Shown: positions 11,801 through 25,028, numbered from the stretch's first letter. The stretch is 64,000 bases of DNA from Octopus vulgaris (GCA_951406725.2 OX597827.1:1426001-1490000), one strand, 5' to 3'. Numbers and translations: made by a program. Notes: generated by a model not told the origin, from the letters alone.

Positions 11801-12400
11801 ACGGACCAAACATACGAACACAAATGTTATGATGACGTGATGGAGAGCTGAATGTTTCACTCACCCAGATTGCCTGGTTACCTTCCTAAAGTTGTTTGGA
11901 CGGATGGATCGATACTAATAGACTCCTCCAGTCGATCACTTCACGCCTTGTACTCATTCATTTCACACTACCCCCCCTCCCCATAGAATTCACTTCTGTC
12001 TGTGACTTCGATGTCTCCATGTCTGCAGATAATCCTCGTACCTCCAGCATTTTTTTTTTGTCCCCTACAACAAGTTCATCAACTCCCACTTTTATATCAG
12101 TTGTTACTATTCCAACTCAAGACCGGAGTAAGACGATCGGGCGCGGCTCTTTGGGCGCTGGCGATTTGGAGCGGCTGACTGAATACTCGACCTGTTTTAG
12201 CTACAGCACATTCTGGCACACGCACACGCTCAAACACGTACGTGTGTACACACACATAAACACACACATATTCACATTCGTTCGCAGAAATATACACACA
12301 CATACAGAGTGAAATTGAGAATGAGAGAGAGAGAGAGAGATTACTTATACATGAAAACATGACTAGATACTCAGACATAAGCTGAGAGAGAGAGGGGGAG

Positions 12401-13095
12401 CATCATCATCATCATGGCAATCCCTCAAGGTCGAGGATGATGGTCTTCGCGCAAATTTACTGGTGAGTCCGTAGGTGACCGATAAGACCAATTCTTGCTT
12501 GAAAAGATCGGTCGCAGTGCGGACATCTAGTGCCGGAAGGGAGAGTCGCGCGTGGTTGTTGTTGGCGCTCCTTCCGTCGTCGTCTTTTCTCCTCCAGCTC
12601 TCCAGACCTTTTCGACTCGAGAGTCGCTGTTCCCTCATGGATGGTGGTTTTCCAGAGTGGTCTGTCTTTTGCCGTTTCCTCCCAGTTAGTGAAGTCGATG
12701 TCACACCTTTTGAGGTTCGTTTCCAGAGAGTCCTTGTAGCGTTTCTTCTGGCCTCCTTTTGTACGCTTGCCGTCTTTGAGTTGGGAGTAGAAGATCTGTT
12801 TGGGAAGTCGTTCATCAGTCATTCTAACCACGTGGCCGCTCCATTTTAGTTGGCCTTTGATGACATAGGCTTCGATGCTGGTCATTTTTGCTTCTTGTAG
12901 CACGCTGACGTTAGTTCTTCTGTCTTCCCAGCTGATGTTGAGGATCTTCCGAAGACAGCATTGGTGAAATTTCTTGAGCGTTTTCAGGTGGTGACTATAC
13001 GGGGTCCAGGTTTCGGATGCGTAAAGGAGGGTTGGAATAATGACCCTGTACACCATGAGTTTGGTTTCAGTTCGGATGTCCTGATCAGCAAAAAC
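12401..13095 (-). mobile_element. RTE-clade LINE 3' end (post-RT region plus C2H2 finger), frame nearly intact
   Basis: VFADQDIRTETKLMVYRVIIPTLLYASETW...LKWSGHVVRM...RLPKQIFYSQL...CPHCDRSFQARIGLIGHLRTH*; short 3' UTR hairpin and (ATG)n tail at 12401-12416. Confidence 0.92.
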
Positions 13096-13096
13096 T

Positions 13097-13215
13097 ATTG
13101 TGAGATCCCGAGACCAGCAAGATGTGTTGCTCACCAGAGCCGCCACTGGAGCAGATGAGTGCTGGACAGATCATCGCCTCATCACCTCCACCATGAAAAT
13201 CAAACTCCGACCAAA
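13097..13215 (+). mobile_element. Inverted RTE AP-endonuclease C-terminal fragment
   Basis: IVRSRDQQDVLLTRAATGADECWTDHRLITSTMKIKLRPK, containing the APE (S/T)DH motif, abuts the RTE 3' part in opposite orientation. Confidence 0.85.
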
Positions 13216-13659
13216 AGAGAGAGGGAGACAGGGAGAGAGGAAGATAGAGAGAGAGAGAGAAGGGAGAGAGAGAGAAAGAGAGGAAAGAGATAGGGGAGAG
13301 ACAATGGGAATAGAACAAGTGAAACGCGAAGACGTTTGATGTCAAATAAGTCAGCATCGAATTAGCGATACCAAATATTTGAGGCCAAAAGGGCGGCGGC
13401 AAAGCAACTGTGGCAAAACGTCTCATACCTCTCGTCAGCTCATTCTCTCATCTCCTGCCGCTTCACCGGTTATGCAGGACCCGATTTGGAACTTCGACTC
13501 CAAATCTGAAGAAATGCAATATTTCATTTTCATTTAAGAGGTTCCTGGATTTGTTAAGGAGTTTTCCGCTTTCTTACGGGCCTTAACACCCTGACATCCA
13601 CCACCGTGTAAAGCAAGACATTGAGGCCGTGACATACATAAATCATTATATATATATTA

Positions 13660-14058
13660 TTTTATTCTTTAATTCTTTTACTTGTTTCAGACATTTGACT
13701 GCGGTCATGCTGGAGCACCGCATTTAGTCAAGCAAATCACCCCCCAGGACTTATTCTTTGTAAGCCTAGTACGTATTCTATCGGTCTCTTTTGCCGAACC
13801 GCTAAGTTACGGGGATGTAAACACACCAGCATCAGTTGTCAAGAGATGTCGAGGTGGGAACAAACACACATACACAAACATACCCACACACATGCATATA
13901 TAGGACGGGTTTCTTTCAGTTTCCGTCTACCAAATCCACTCAGAAGGCTTTGGTCGGCCCGAGGCTATAGTAGAAGACACTTGCCCAAGATGCCATGCAG
14001 TGGCACTGAACCATGTAGTTGGTAAGCAAGCTACTTACCACTCATCCACTCCTACGCC
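13660..14058 (-). mobile_element. SINE family A, full copy
   Basis: Reverse complement of 9929-10335 over its full length. Confidence 0.9.
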
Positions 14059-14258
14059 TTGTATATATATAGCATTAGGGTCCTTGTGCTTGTCCTACGT
14101 GTACGTTTTGTAGCATTTAATGCATTTTTCATTAATAGAATAACTGAACGCCACGCATCCTGACTTTTATCGGGATCGATAAAATAAATATCATTTGAGT
14201 ACAGGGATCGATGTCATCGATTAACTCCCTCACCCCGAAATTGCTGGCCTTGAAACTC

Positions 14259-14294
<36 letters not shown>

Positions 14295-16493
14295 TTGTCT
14301 GAAACCACTGTAGCGTAAAGGACTGCAAATAATAAAAGAAGGGGGTCTTACAAATTCAAAAGATGGTTATTGACCGAAACTTAAAGAGAAAAACAATGCA
14401 ATGCTAGTGAGTTTTAGAAAGAAGCAGTTTGAGGAAAGAAGCTATTAGAATTAAAGTAAGACTCAAAGCTAATAGGAAGCCCAACAGAGAAACGATGAAC
14501 CTAAGAAGAGAAGATGGTGACATTTGTAAAGGTCTTGACATAGGGTACTAGACTAGAAAGTTCATCAGAGCAATGACCATGGAAATACTTAGGGAAAAAA
14601 CACGATGAAGATACATTTCAACAATGATCCAAAGACAACCTTGTAGAAAAAAGAGGATGTTAATAACTCGGTTCTGCATTCGATCGAGCAAGTTGTGACA
14701 CAGAGACAGCATAAACCTAAAGTTGACAGTAATATCTAATGCAAAGTTAAATAGTTGCCTTACAGACATACAATACACTCTCAGGCGTAAAAATTTGCGA
14801 ACACAGAAGAGATTCCACTTTCCTAGCGGCCAACATGGCACTAGACTAAACATTTGTTCCAAGAGACATCCTTGGTCAAAATTAGACCATGAAGTCGGAT
14901 ACCGTATATCTTTGGATTAGCATTGGCCACCCACTCCTAGACCCGTGGCGCCCGCGAGTACCCTTCCAGTGTGCCAAATGCCAATACGCCACTACGCTTC
15001 TAACCTCTACACGCACAGTTCCAAGCAGTTTTCTCACAGGGACATCAACACATGTTCGATGACGGCTTTATGATAAACAGTTACTCCACCATCTCATGGA
15101 CCTAAGAATCATTTCTCTTAATTCTTATTTGCACGTGTCGTCAATGTACGAAAGTGACGATCTATAATGTACCACCACTGTTGAATTAGTGGTTGGTAGA
15201 AGTAGTATTATTGTTGCGATATAACAGGAGACGTAATTAATCATAGATCTCATTATCGGTAAAATTCAACTTCCTCATCAACTCCTGAAACCTACTCGAA
15301 TTCTCGAGTCATAGAATTCATTGGGTCGGTTTTCCGGTTTCCTTGGCGTATAAATGATCGAGATCACAACATCTTGCTCCCGAATGGGACGTCATTCCGT
15401 CCTAAGGTTACTCATTCACAGCTGGAGCAATGGACGGGAGCTACTTGAAATAAATTGTTCTACTCAAGTACACAACACATCACTCGGTTTGGGAATCGTT
15501 CCTTGATTATTTCGTCGATGTTAAGCACGAAAGATATGTGCTGGCGACATTATATCCACCGTCGTTAGATGACGGACTGCAAAGTTCTCAAAATGTCCGA
15601 TTTGAAGCTGATTTTAGTTATTGCAGCAATTTTCTTTCGTTCTTTTTTTTTTGTGTATGCATTGAGGTGGAAGCAGTGAATAGGCGCAAGCATGACTATA
15701 GTATTTTAAAGATAAATTAAAGTGGTTTTGTAAGAAAATGTATGATTCTGTGTAAGTAAATGCAATATTAAAATATTATACTGGAATAAAATCCATAGAC
15801 ACACTTTATGGTAGTGCCGTTTTCCAACTCTATCTTCTTTCATATCAATTTTACAGTTGTTTATATTTTAGTTAAGAGAAGTGCTATACAGATTCTAAAA
15901 CTCGTATTTCCGGCTATGTTTTTTTTGTCTAAATACGATCGTTCACCAGGGTGGTGCGCCACCGCTATGATTTTGTTGTTATCCACTCATTGCAAATAAC
16001 TGACTGGATGGTGAATGTTTAACATTTCTTTAATCTATGAGAATTTTTCAACTAGACAATTGTAAACTGTTTTTAAAAGGTAACATCGTCAGTAAATCAT
16101 GTAAGACACGTAGCAAGTGTGAGACGGCTATGCTGCGGAAAGAGGTATAATGAAATTCTCTCACCTCTCCACCTTACTGCCGACCTACTATAAACAAGAT
16201 TTGCATGTTTGTGCTCACAGACTGATAATTTGGCTTGTTTGTAATATATTATTATTAGAAACAGTTACCATGCCATGCTACTAGGCATTTTTCCTGTCTT
16301 TACGTTCTGATTTCAATTTCTACCGAGGTCACATTGCATCTCATTGATAAAATAAGTACCAGCTGAGCACTGGGGGTTGATGAAATTTCTGACCGTGTGT
16401 CAAAGTTTGAAGTCATTATTAGTAACAATGATCGTCCCCGACTGATTTATCCTCATTCGTCTCCCTAACCTACGACATCCTATCTCTTATCCG

Positions 16494-17247
16494 CAGGGAT
16501 GGATTAGTCAATAAACAGAATAAACACGTGCTTAGAGTATCAAAGGAAGGAGGGGAGCACCACAGAAATGGTAATTGGTTTACGGCACAAAAAGAAATCA
16601 CTTTACAGTTGTTAAAACAATATTCGAAATAGTTCATATGATCGGAAGAAATACAATATAATTTGGAAGCGTTCGCGGTGCCATAGTGAAGATCGGATCA
16701 AAGACTTTGCAGTTCAAGAAAATATGACAAAACTTTTCGAATATAAATAAAGTAGAAGTATACAAAAACAAACAATATTTTCCATCTTACCATTTGTTTT
16801 GTTTAATTTTGAAAATAGAATTTATTTAATGGTTTAGTATTGTTTATATTTTGAATTGTGGAGGCGCAATGGCCCAGTGGTTAGGGCAGCGGACTCGCGG
16901 TCGGAGGATCGCGGTTTCGATTCCCGGACCGGACGTTGTGTATGTTTATTGAGCGAAAACACCTAAAAGCTCCACGAGGCTCCGGCAGGGGGTAGTTGCG
17001 ACTCTTTCGCCCCAACTTTCTCTCACTCTCTCTTCCTGTTTCTTGAGTAATCCTGCGATGGACTGGCGTCCCGTCCAGCTGGGTGGGGAACACATACGAC
17101 ACAGAAACCGGGAAACAGGGCCCATGAGCCTGACTAGGCTTGCAAAGGGCGCATAAATGAATAAATGAATATTTTGAATTACATATATATGGGAGCACGA
17201 AAATCTTCTAAGTGCTTAGGGCCTCTAAGGGTCTTGATCTGGCTCTG
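16494..17247. mobile_element. hAT-like MITE copy 2, interrupted by SINE C
   Basis: CAGGGATGGATTAG ... TTGATCTGGCTCTG; TSD cttatccg/ccaatccg; body homologous to 6356-6740. Confidence 0.75.
16858..17168 (+). mobile_element. SINE family C (tRNA-derived head), full copy with TSD
   Basis: GGAGGCGCAATGGCCCAGTGGTTAGGG..GGTTTCGATTCCC; 12-bp TSD ATATTTTGAATT (16846-16857 and 17169-17180); empty site visible in MITE copy 1 at ~6666. Confidence 0.9.
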
Positions 17248-17368
17248 CCAATCCGTAATACAGCCGCGTTAGACGCAGAACAATATTTGGATACGTTTAA
17301 AAACGAAAGAACGCATCTTTAGATGCCAGCAAATACGGTGGTGGTTATTTCAGAAAATAAAACCGTAT

Positions 17369-17682
17369 GTTAGTTAGTTAGTTAATTTTTTGGCTCAAAA
17401 AGCAAGGCCATGTACGAGGACATGGAGCTATGTACAGGGTGGTGTTCATGTAAAGAGTTCAGGCCACTTGTGGTCAAGGGAGACTTTGAACCGAGCGGTC
17501 GTCGGCATCTTCACCATTTCGTCTGGCAGCTTATTCCACGGATCCGCAACCCGGACGGAGAAAGCCCCTCTTCTTCGATTGAGATGAAATCGTCGTAGAT
17601 AGAGCTTTTCGGAATGACCCCACAGCCGACGCTCTGGAGCAGAAGTGAAGAACAGCTCTTTCGACAGGTTACACTTTCCGCT
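17369..17682 (-). mobile_element. CR1-clade LINE 3' end
   Basis: Minus translation ELFFTSAPERRLWGHSEKL...SVRVADPWNKLPDEMV...FKVSLD; (TAAC)n tail. Confidence 0.8.
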
Positions 17683-18012
17683 TATAGTAGTACACGCGCG
17701 CGCATAGACGAGAAATGCTGGAGGTTATTTTCAATCGCTACAACATACACACACGCAGACAGTGCATTGGCTGCAACTGCACACGAACACACGAACACAC
17801 GAACACTCGAACGCACGTCCACAGACAACAAAACGTGCCGATATCGTCGGCTAGTAATAAGTGTTCGCTGTAATATCGACAGGTTTGACACACAGACACA
17901 ACGCTGACATGGAAAGCTTTGAACAGTGACTTGTCATTAAAGATGGTAATTAAGTAATACTCATTTATGAATCCCAGAGGTCACAGATCGGGTCAGAACA
18001 TAAAGTTATGCC

Positions 18013-18043
<31 letters not shown>

Positions 18044-18141
18044 TATACACACATAATACATACTAATATATATATATGTATGTATGTATGTATATATATA
18101 TGTGTAGTATTTATCGTGTATATATAAATATATGCATATAC

Positions 18142-18172
<31 letters not shown>

Positions 18173-18759
18173 CAATGAGAGAGAGGGAGAGAAGAAAAGA
18201 GAGGAGAGAGAGAGGGAGAGAGAAAGAGCGAGAGAGAAAGGAGAGTGAGCTATTGACGCCTTTCTCCCTATCTTCACGTGATGCAACGATAAGATATTTC
18301 GAGTAACGAACCTCTTTACAAAGATGAGAAGCCATTAGATGATCCTGGGTGTTTTTCAATTTCATAAGGGTTTCTTAAGATTCTTTATCCATTAAGGGGT
18401 TTTAAAAGATCTTTATGAACTAAATCCTTTTCAAAATTAGTCTTTGAAGTAAGGATTAAGGCTTAGTGATAGAGTAGAAATCCACAAATCCGCCTTATGC
18501 TAATATATTATGGCTGTCAACTCGTAAACAAATATGACCACCACTGACAAATTACACCGTGTAACAAAATTATAATTTTTAAATATCTTCGGTCAGTAAG
18601 TGTTGTTTCCTATTTGCTTCAATCTAGAAATCAAAGGAAATGACTTCTATTCCCTTCAAACTTTGCTTTTCTGACCTATTTTCCATTTCATTTCAAACAG
18701 ATCCAGCGCTGAGTTGTTGAAGCAAAAAATATTTTTATAGCAAATATTCTACCTCAATA

Positions 18760-19432
18760 CCACAAGTTTGCTTGTCATTTGCTTGACCTTAAACACTTGA
18801 GCATTTCCTTTAGTCATTGACATGTGCATCTCTGACCATGAGCAGGAACAGAGGGGGAGCATCATAACAATGCGTCGAGAGGGTTTCTTTGTGGGTTTGA
18901 ATAAATGTAACAACAGCAGTTTGAAGGAAATATTTTTCATACTTCCTAGGGGTCGGCAAAAAGGAAATAGCAGTTGCTACCCAAGGACAAGAATCGTGTT
19001 ACAGACTGTTATCTTATCCTAGATATTAATGACAGTTGACGGCCAGCAATGCCCGTGCTGAAATTTTAAGTCAAAAACAATTTGTATCGCACCACTAAGT
19101 CTCTCACCAACGAAGCCAAGTCGTTCAGGAACAAACAAGCGTAATATCTCCGGCTTCGCAATGAGACGGGTGTCATTTCGGAATTCTTTTCTTCTTGAGA
19201 GATGTCTAAACTAAAGACTACAGGGCTCTCACTTCCAGCTGTTGGATGACCGTTGATTCCACTGAGTTCATCCGTCCTATGACAGGTTTTGCTTTTCATC
19301 CTGCAGAGTGTCTGACGTAAACTCCACCTCTTGGTTGGGTTGGGTTGACAGTTTATACGCCGACAGCCTGACCTACCACACGACAGGCAGTACTGGGTTT
19401 CATGTTACCAGTGGCAGTTAGAATAACCTGAC
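18760..19432 (-). mobile_element. RTE-type LINE 5' fragment (structured head plus decayed downstream sequence)
   Basis: 19240-19432 aligns with 5590-5781; the downstream part is highly decayed. Confidence 0.5.
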
Positions 19433-19435
19433 AGG

Positions 19436-19844
19436 ACATACATACATACATACATACATGCATAGATGCATACATACATGCACACATACATATATACGTG
19501 CATACATACATGCATACATAATACACGCATGCATGCATACGTACAAAAATACATGCATGCATAAATACACATACATACATGTATTCATACATGCATTCAT
19601 GCATGCATACATACAGACATACTTGCATAATGCATTCATACTTACATACTTGCATAATACATACATGCATGCATAATAATACATGCATACGTGCATACAT
19701 ACATACATACATAAATACATACATACATACATACATAAATACATACATACATACATACATAAATACATACATACATACATACATAAATACATACATACAT
19801 ACATACATACATACATGCATACATACATACATGCATACATACAT

Positions 19845-19876
<32 letters not shown>

Positions 19877-20060
19877 CATAAATACATACATACATACATA
19901 CATACATAAATACATACATACATACATACATACATACATACATACATACATACATGCATACATACATACATACATACATACATACATGCATACATGCGTA
20001 CATGCATACACACATACATACATCATACATACATCATACATACATACATACATGCACATA
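19436..20060. repeat. (TACA)n/(CATG)n compound microsatellite
   Basis: Directly visible. Confidence 0.97.
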
Positions 20061-20694
20061 TAAGTTTTCCGAAGAAAGTAGCAAAAGAAACTGACGTGGA
20101 TTTTCTAAATCCGAACTATTAGTGGCGCAATGAAGATCTGTAAGACATTCCAAAGATTCGTCGTCTGAGATTCTTTACACACACTTGGCTGTATGCATCG
20201 ACAGCTCAACCAAACTCACCAACTCAACCACATATATACAAACACCAGGAACCCAACTGCACGTGTGTGTGTATGTGTGTGTGTGGATGTGTGTGTGTGT
20301 GTGTGTGTGTGGATGTGTGTGTGTGTGTGTGTGTGGATGTGGGTGTGTGGGGTGCGTGCCTTTATTTCCATGTTTGTAGCTCACCGCTTAACAACTGGTG
20401 TTTGTTTACGTCTCCGTAACATTAGCTGTTTGACAGGTAACACCTCTATGGGGGCAGCACCTCTGGGGTCTTGTTTTTTAAGCCTGTAGAGGCTATATTG
20501 AAAGGAAAACAGCTTTAACTTCTGGACACTACACTACTCATAGTTTTAGATTTCGAGTAACATTAACTATGGCATATGCTACGGATGTGCTATGGATAAA
20601 TGCGTACGGTAAGATCAGTGGAGAATCGAGAAACAAAAAAGACTGCCTCATCGGGGCGGGAAACTCAAGTCATGCCCTGGGCTGCAGGTGAATT

Positions 20695-21210
20695 TTTTCC
20701 CATAAGAGTTCCGGACCCCAGTAATGAACCCATTTGCATACAGCCAATCAGAGCTCACTTTGACCTTGTTGTCAAGTTAACAAACACATTCTACCAAGTA
20801 AACGCAAGATGAAGAACGGTGTTGTAAGTCAAGTTATTCCTGATTTTAGAAGGAGACAAGTATTTAAATTGATTTGCATCTATACCTATTATCGGATTTT
20901 GTTAGGGCCCCATGTGGTAAAGATGTAGATGGGAAAATGTGAGTAGAGGGTGATGTGCTAGCAACTCTCTCCCCTTACTGTTTTAGAAAGTAAAAAACAA
21001 CACAACTACGCAGAGGCAACCATGGTTGAAACAAGAACAAGAACAACAAGCATTCTGAAAAGAGAAAAGAAGCATGGTCATTCCTTACCCAAGTGACCTT
21101 ATCTTATCACCCATCACTTGTTATGCGCTCATAAATTAGTTTAATAGTTGTGCTCTGATTGGCTCTTTGCAAACGAGTTCATAACTGGGTTCCGGAACTC
21201 TCGTGGAAAA
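20695..21210. mobile_element. Non-autonomous DNA element with >=60-bp TIRs
   Basis: TTTTCCCATAAGAGTTCCGGACCCCAGTAATGAACCCATTTGCATACAGCCAATCAGAGC and its near reverse complement at 21152-21210. Confidence 0.7.
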
Positions 21211-21894
21211 GAAAATTCGCGGGCGCTACACACCCTACCTACACGTGTTTCTTTGAAAAACATTCGTCATTGAAGGAACGGAATCAGCCTGTGAATAACT
21301 AAACAGAAACACCAATAGTTAAGCTATTACATAAACCAACCATGGGCCAACTGCGGCCCGTGGGACTTTCTGAATGCTACGCCTAACGGGAAAATTCCCC
21401 TTGAACTGTTTTAATTGTGCGGCTCTCCTAATAACGATCCAGGTCCCGTGCGGCCCGCTTCTCAATAAAGCTTTTCCATGCCTTGAAAGAATGGTTAATA
21501 CTTTATACTATTTTTTCGTAGGAGAATCTACGTGGATGGTCGACCTGCAAGATGAAACAACCAATTCTCCTTCAAACCGCAATGTCCTTATATTTATTTA
21601 AGTCTGTCATGACTCTTAAGACTCCTAAGGCCGAGGTTTAACCCGAATTCCATTGCATATACATGTCTGAGATTACAACACTTCTCTCACCTCCTGGATA
21701 AGACGCTTGTCCATCTCAGGATTAACTTCCCAGCTATTTCTGAAATTCACTTTACAATTGAGTGTACTGGAGCAGCATGAAATAATATGTTTTCCTCAAG
21801 GTTACAACGCACTATCTGGCCTGGAATCGAAACCACGACCCTAAGTTCCTAAGTGCAACACCCAAACCACTAGGCCATGCACCTTGACACCGTA

Positions 21895-22270
21895 CTTTTT
21901 AAACTTTTAACTTTTACTTGTTTCAGTCGTTAAATAGCGGCCATGCTGGGGCATCGCTTTGAAGGGTCTTGTCTTCGTCGACCAAATCGACCACAGTACT
22001 TATTGTTTAAAGCCTAGTACTTATTCTATCGGTATCTTTTTTATCGAACCGCTAAGTTACTAGGACGTAAACAAGCCAATGCCGGTTGCCAAGCCGCAGT
22101 TGGGGGATAAGCAAATAAGTATCCCTCACACACGAAGGGCTCCTTTCAGTTTCCGTCCACCAAATTCACTCACAAGGCTTTGGTCGGCCCGGCACCAGTG
22201 CCATGCAGTGGAACTGAACTCGGAAGCATATGGTTGAGAAGAGCAAACATCTTACTACGCAACCATGTCT
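21895..22270 (-). mobile_element. SINE family A, diverged copy
   Basis: Homology to the reverse complement of family A. Confidence 0.8.
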
Positions 22271-22794
22271 AATAAACAAAGCAAAAAAAGCCCCTTCATC
22301 GGATGATGTTGTTAAGTGATATCACACAAGAACATCGCAAAATCGATTCAGGATTAACAAAGAACGATAAGCAAGTCTGGAGTTGCCTCCCTTGATTGCC
22401 CTCCAAAACCCATTTGACTGAAACTTAAGCAAAACATGTCCAGAACTTTCTTCGTATTTCTAGAAAATAAATCTTTATTTTTCTATAATGACATGTCAAT
22501 TTAAAAAGATTTTCTTGATTTTTTTTTTGTAATTGTTTCCCCTTTTTAAGTGTAGCTGCTCTTAATTGAAATTTGTTAATTATGATAAATATTCTAAAGG
22601 CTGAGATAATCTTAATAAATCGGAAATTTATGTTATTGATACTTGATTATCAATGTTGGGTTAACAATTCAGGAATATATATATTTCATCTATTTCAAAT
22701 TTACAGAAAATAAAAGACAAAGACAGGTGAGGGAACAACAAGCAGGTGTACCAGTTCGACGCTCGGAAAGAATGGAAAAGCACACACACAGAGA

Positions 22795-22990
22795 AAGGTT
22801 AGCATACCGGGCGAAACGCTTTGCGGTATTTCGTCTCTCACTACGTTCTGAGTTCAAATTCCACTGAGGTCGCTTTTGTCTTTCATCCTTTCGGGGTCGA
22901 TAAATTAAGTACCAGTTGCGTACTGAGGTCGATCTAATCGACTGCTCCCCTTCCACTAAATTTCAGACCTTGTGTCTAGAGTAGAAAAGA
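22795..22990 (+). mobile_element. SINE family B copy
   Basis: GTTAGCATACCGGGCGAAACGCT..GAGTTCAAATTCC..TTTCATCCTTTCGGGGTCGATAAATTAAGTACCAG. Confidence 0.85.
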
Positions 22991-23439
22991 AAAAATTTGT
23001 TTTGGTGTTTTGTACTTATTATTCCAGTCATATTCGACTGCGCCTTGTAGAGTCGAGTAGAGTCGTACAAATTGACTCCAGGACTTATCTTCTCAAATCT
23101 CGTACGTATCTTATGGATCACTTTTACCGAACCGCTAGGCCACGGGAACGTAAACAAACCAACACTGGTCGTTAAGTGGTAGCGGAAATCAAAGACAAAT
23201 TCAGTACAGACACAGACGACCGACAGACAGACAGACAGAAAGACACACTCATGCAGACGACCGATACACACACGAACGACCGACATACCCCCCACACACA
23301 TCCAGACATATACACACGCACAGACGACCGACAGACAAACACCACACACGCACTCTCTCTCCCTCTCTCTTTCTCTCCCTCTCTCTCTCTCTCACACACA
23401 CTTGCACACACGCACGCAACACTATTCGGTTACAGTTGA

Positions 23440-23810
23440 CATCGATCCATGGGAGACAACTCTTCTTTCCTCGGACAATGCTATTATTTTACCCAACTTT
23501 TTCATTGCTTTTCTCTTTACTGTCACCGGGTCAATATTGCCAAGTGCGCGGCTGTTCTAAAGTGTGCAATATCAGTTTTGACAGCATCGGCTGGCAACAG
23601 GCTAAACGACCGATCTCCGTTCCGCATTGGACCTTGCTCTGCCAACCTATCTTTCCTTGGTCTCTTCTAACGGCTGCCTTCATCGGTGAGGTACTTAGGT
23701 ACTTTCTAGGTTGACTGAACCCGATATTGCCCAGGAATTGGAACCAGATGCCGCTGATTGAACCGCCGAAGGCCTTGCCATCCCACAGAATGCCTGTCTC
23801 CAACGTAACT
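23440..23810 (+). pseudogene. CRE-like (RLE-type) non-LTR retrotransposon, post-RT fragment
   Basis: KVCNISFDSIGWQQAKRPI resembles the CRE-clade N..L.D..W.QA.LP motif; same strand as the RLE fragment at 26056-26560. Confidence 0.55.
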
Positions 23811-24137
23811 GGGACATCAGTTACGTTGAGTTGAGTTGATAGAATGTAGCGATAAGAGATTAATTTGAAGAACGATATGTGTTTTATATACAAACCTAAA
23901 TTCATTTAAACACTTTAAATTGGTTACGAAATGTATTTATATACATTAAAACATCATTGCAGTTCTTTTTTTTCTTTTTAGCGTGGAACTTGGATATCTT
24001 GATTTTCGTTTTGTCTTTTACTTGCTGGTGATTGCTCAATATACCGAGTGAGGTTGGTAGCATTTACTTTCTTTTCTAGTAATTTATTGTTATTTGAAAG
24101 CCGATAGGTATTTTTGCCACAAACTTCTGCAACAACG

Positions 24138-24541
24138 GGATCTTTTCGGTTTGAACGGCAGTTTTTCTAGCGGTGTCATATGAAATTGTCACCCAAAATT
24201 ATGACCCTAGTATCGATCTATTGCATTTCAATCTGTTTTAGGGTTAGGGTTAGTTAGGGGTGGGGGGAAGGGTATCTTTTTTTCTTCAGAAATGTAAATA
24301 AACCCGAGGGACATATTCATACGGCACAGAATGTTTTTTTACCTCAATAGACGTCAGTGGTTGGTTGAAATTGCAGAAATTGAAGAAAAAAACAACAAAT
24401 ATCTTATAAACTGTAGGATTTTCTCGAGAAAGCCAAGAGAAAAAGATGTTTTATAAACACATTCTACCAATATACGAAGTTTAACATTTTTTAGTTACCT
24501 AGAAATTATGTTAAAAACTGCCGTTCAAACCGAAAAGATCC
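24138..24541. mobile_element. Merlin-like MITE, copy 1
   Basis: TIR GGATCTTTTCGGTTTGAACGGCAGTTTTT; 8-bp TSD caacaacg/caacagcg; excising it restores the integrase frame. Confidence 0.85.
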
Positions 24542-24917
24542 CAACAGCGTAACGACCCGTGTGACGTTCCCTATAGTGTCCTCCCTTTCTGTCCCCTCGA
24601 ATTATGTTTTTGAGCGGAACTTTATTTCCAATACTGAAAATGCCTCTGCTCCTGTTTTGCTACAGTATTGTTCTTTTTCAACGGACTGAGCTATTCTAAT
24701 ATTGAAGGCAACTCGAAAAAGCTGTCCCGAATAGCTGTCATAACATCAATTTTTCTGGATATAGATTGAGTATTTACAAAACTGTCCCGATCTTTAGCAG
24801 TTGGCTTGTGTTGTAGTTCAAATGGAAGTGTAGCTTGCCTGTTGTATAAAATTTCAAACGGGGTAAAATGAGTTTGGCTGTTCGATACGCAAACAAAACT
24901 GCTGGTAAGCATTCAAG

Positions 24918-25028
24918 CCAGCTGCCTCGAGGATTTGATAAAAGCAACTTTTATAGTGAGATTCTGTCGCTCCAGTTGCCTCAAGGATTTGATAAAAGCA
25001 ACTTTTATCGTGAGATTCTGTCGCTCCA
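24918..25028. repeat. ~54-bp tandem duplication inside the integrase
   Basis: CCAG(C/T)TGCCTC(G/A)AGGATTTGATAAAAGCAACTTTTAT(A/C)GTGAGATTCTGTCGCT occurs twice. Confidence 0.9.

Noticed and set aside
14330-14900. Purine-rich, coding-like stretch, possibly an old LINE
   Set aside because: No diagnostic motif could be recovered by eye.
15560-15605. GATGACGGACTGC.. hammerhead-like string
   Set aside because: No CUGA start, no GAAA box and no helix I or III.
16858-16930. tRNA-like sequence with A and B boxes (also other SINE heads)
   Set aside because: It continues into a SINE body with TSD and lacks a proper acceptor stem, so it is not a tRNA gene.
21340-21460. TGCGGCCCG repeats resembling hAT/Charlie subterminal motifs
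   Set aside because: No matching second end or TSD found; too fragmentary to call.
24236-24262. Possible telomere or chromosome-fusion scar
   Set aside because: Only 2-3 units, present at the same position in both MITE copies, so it is element-borne.
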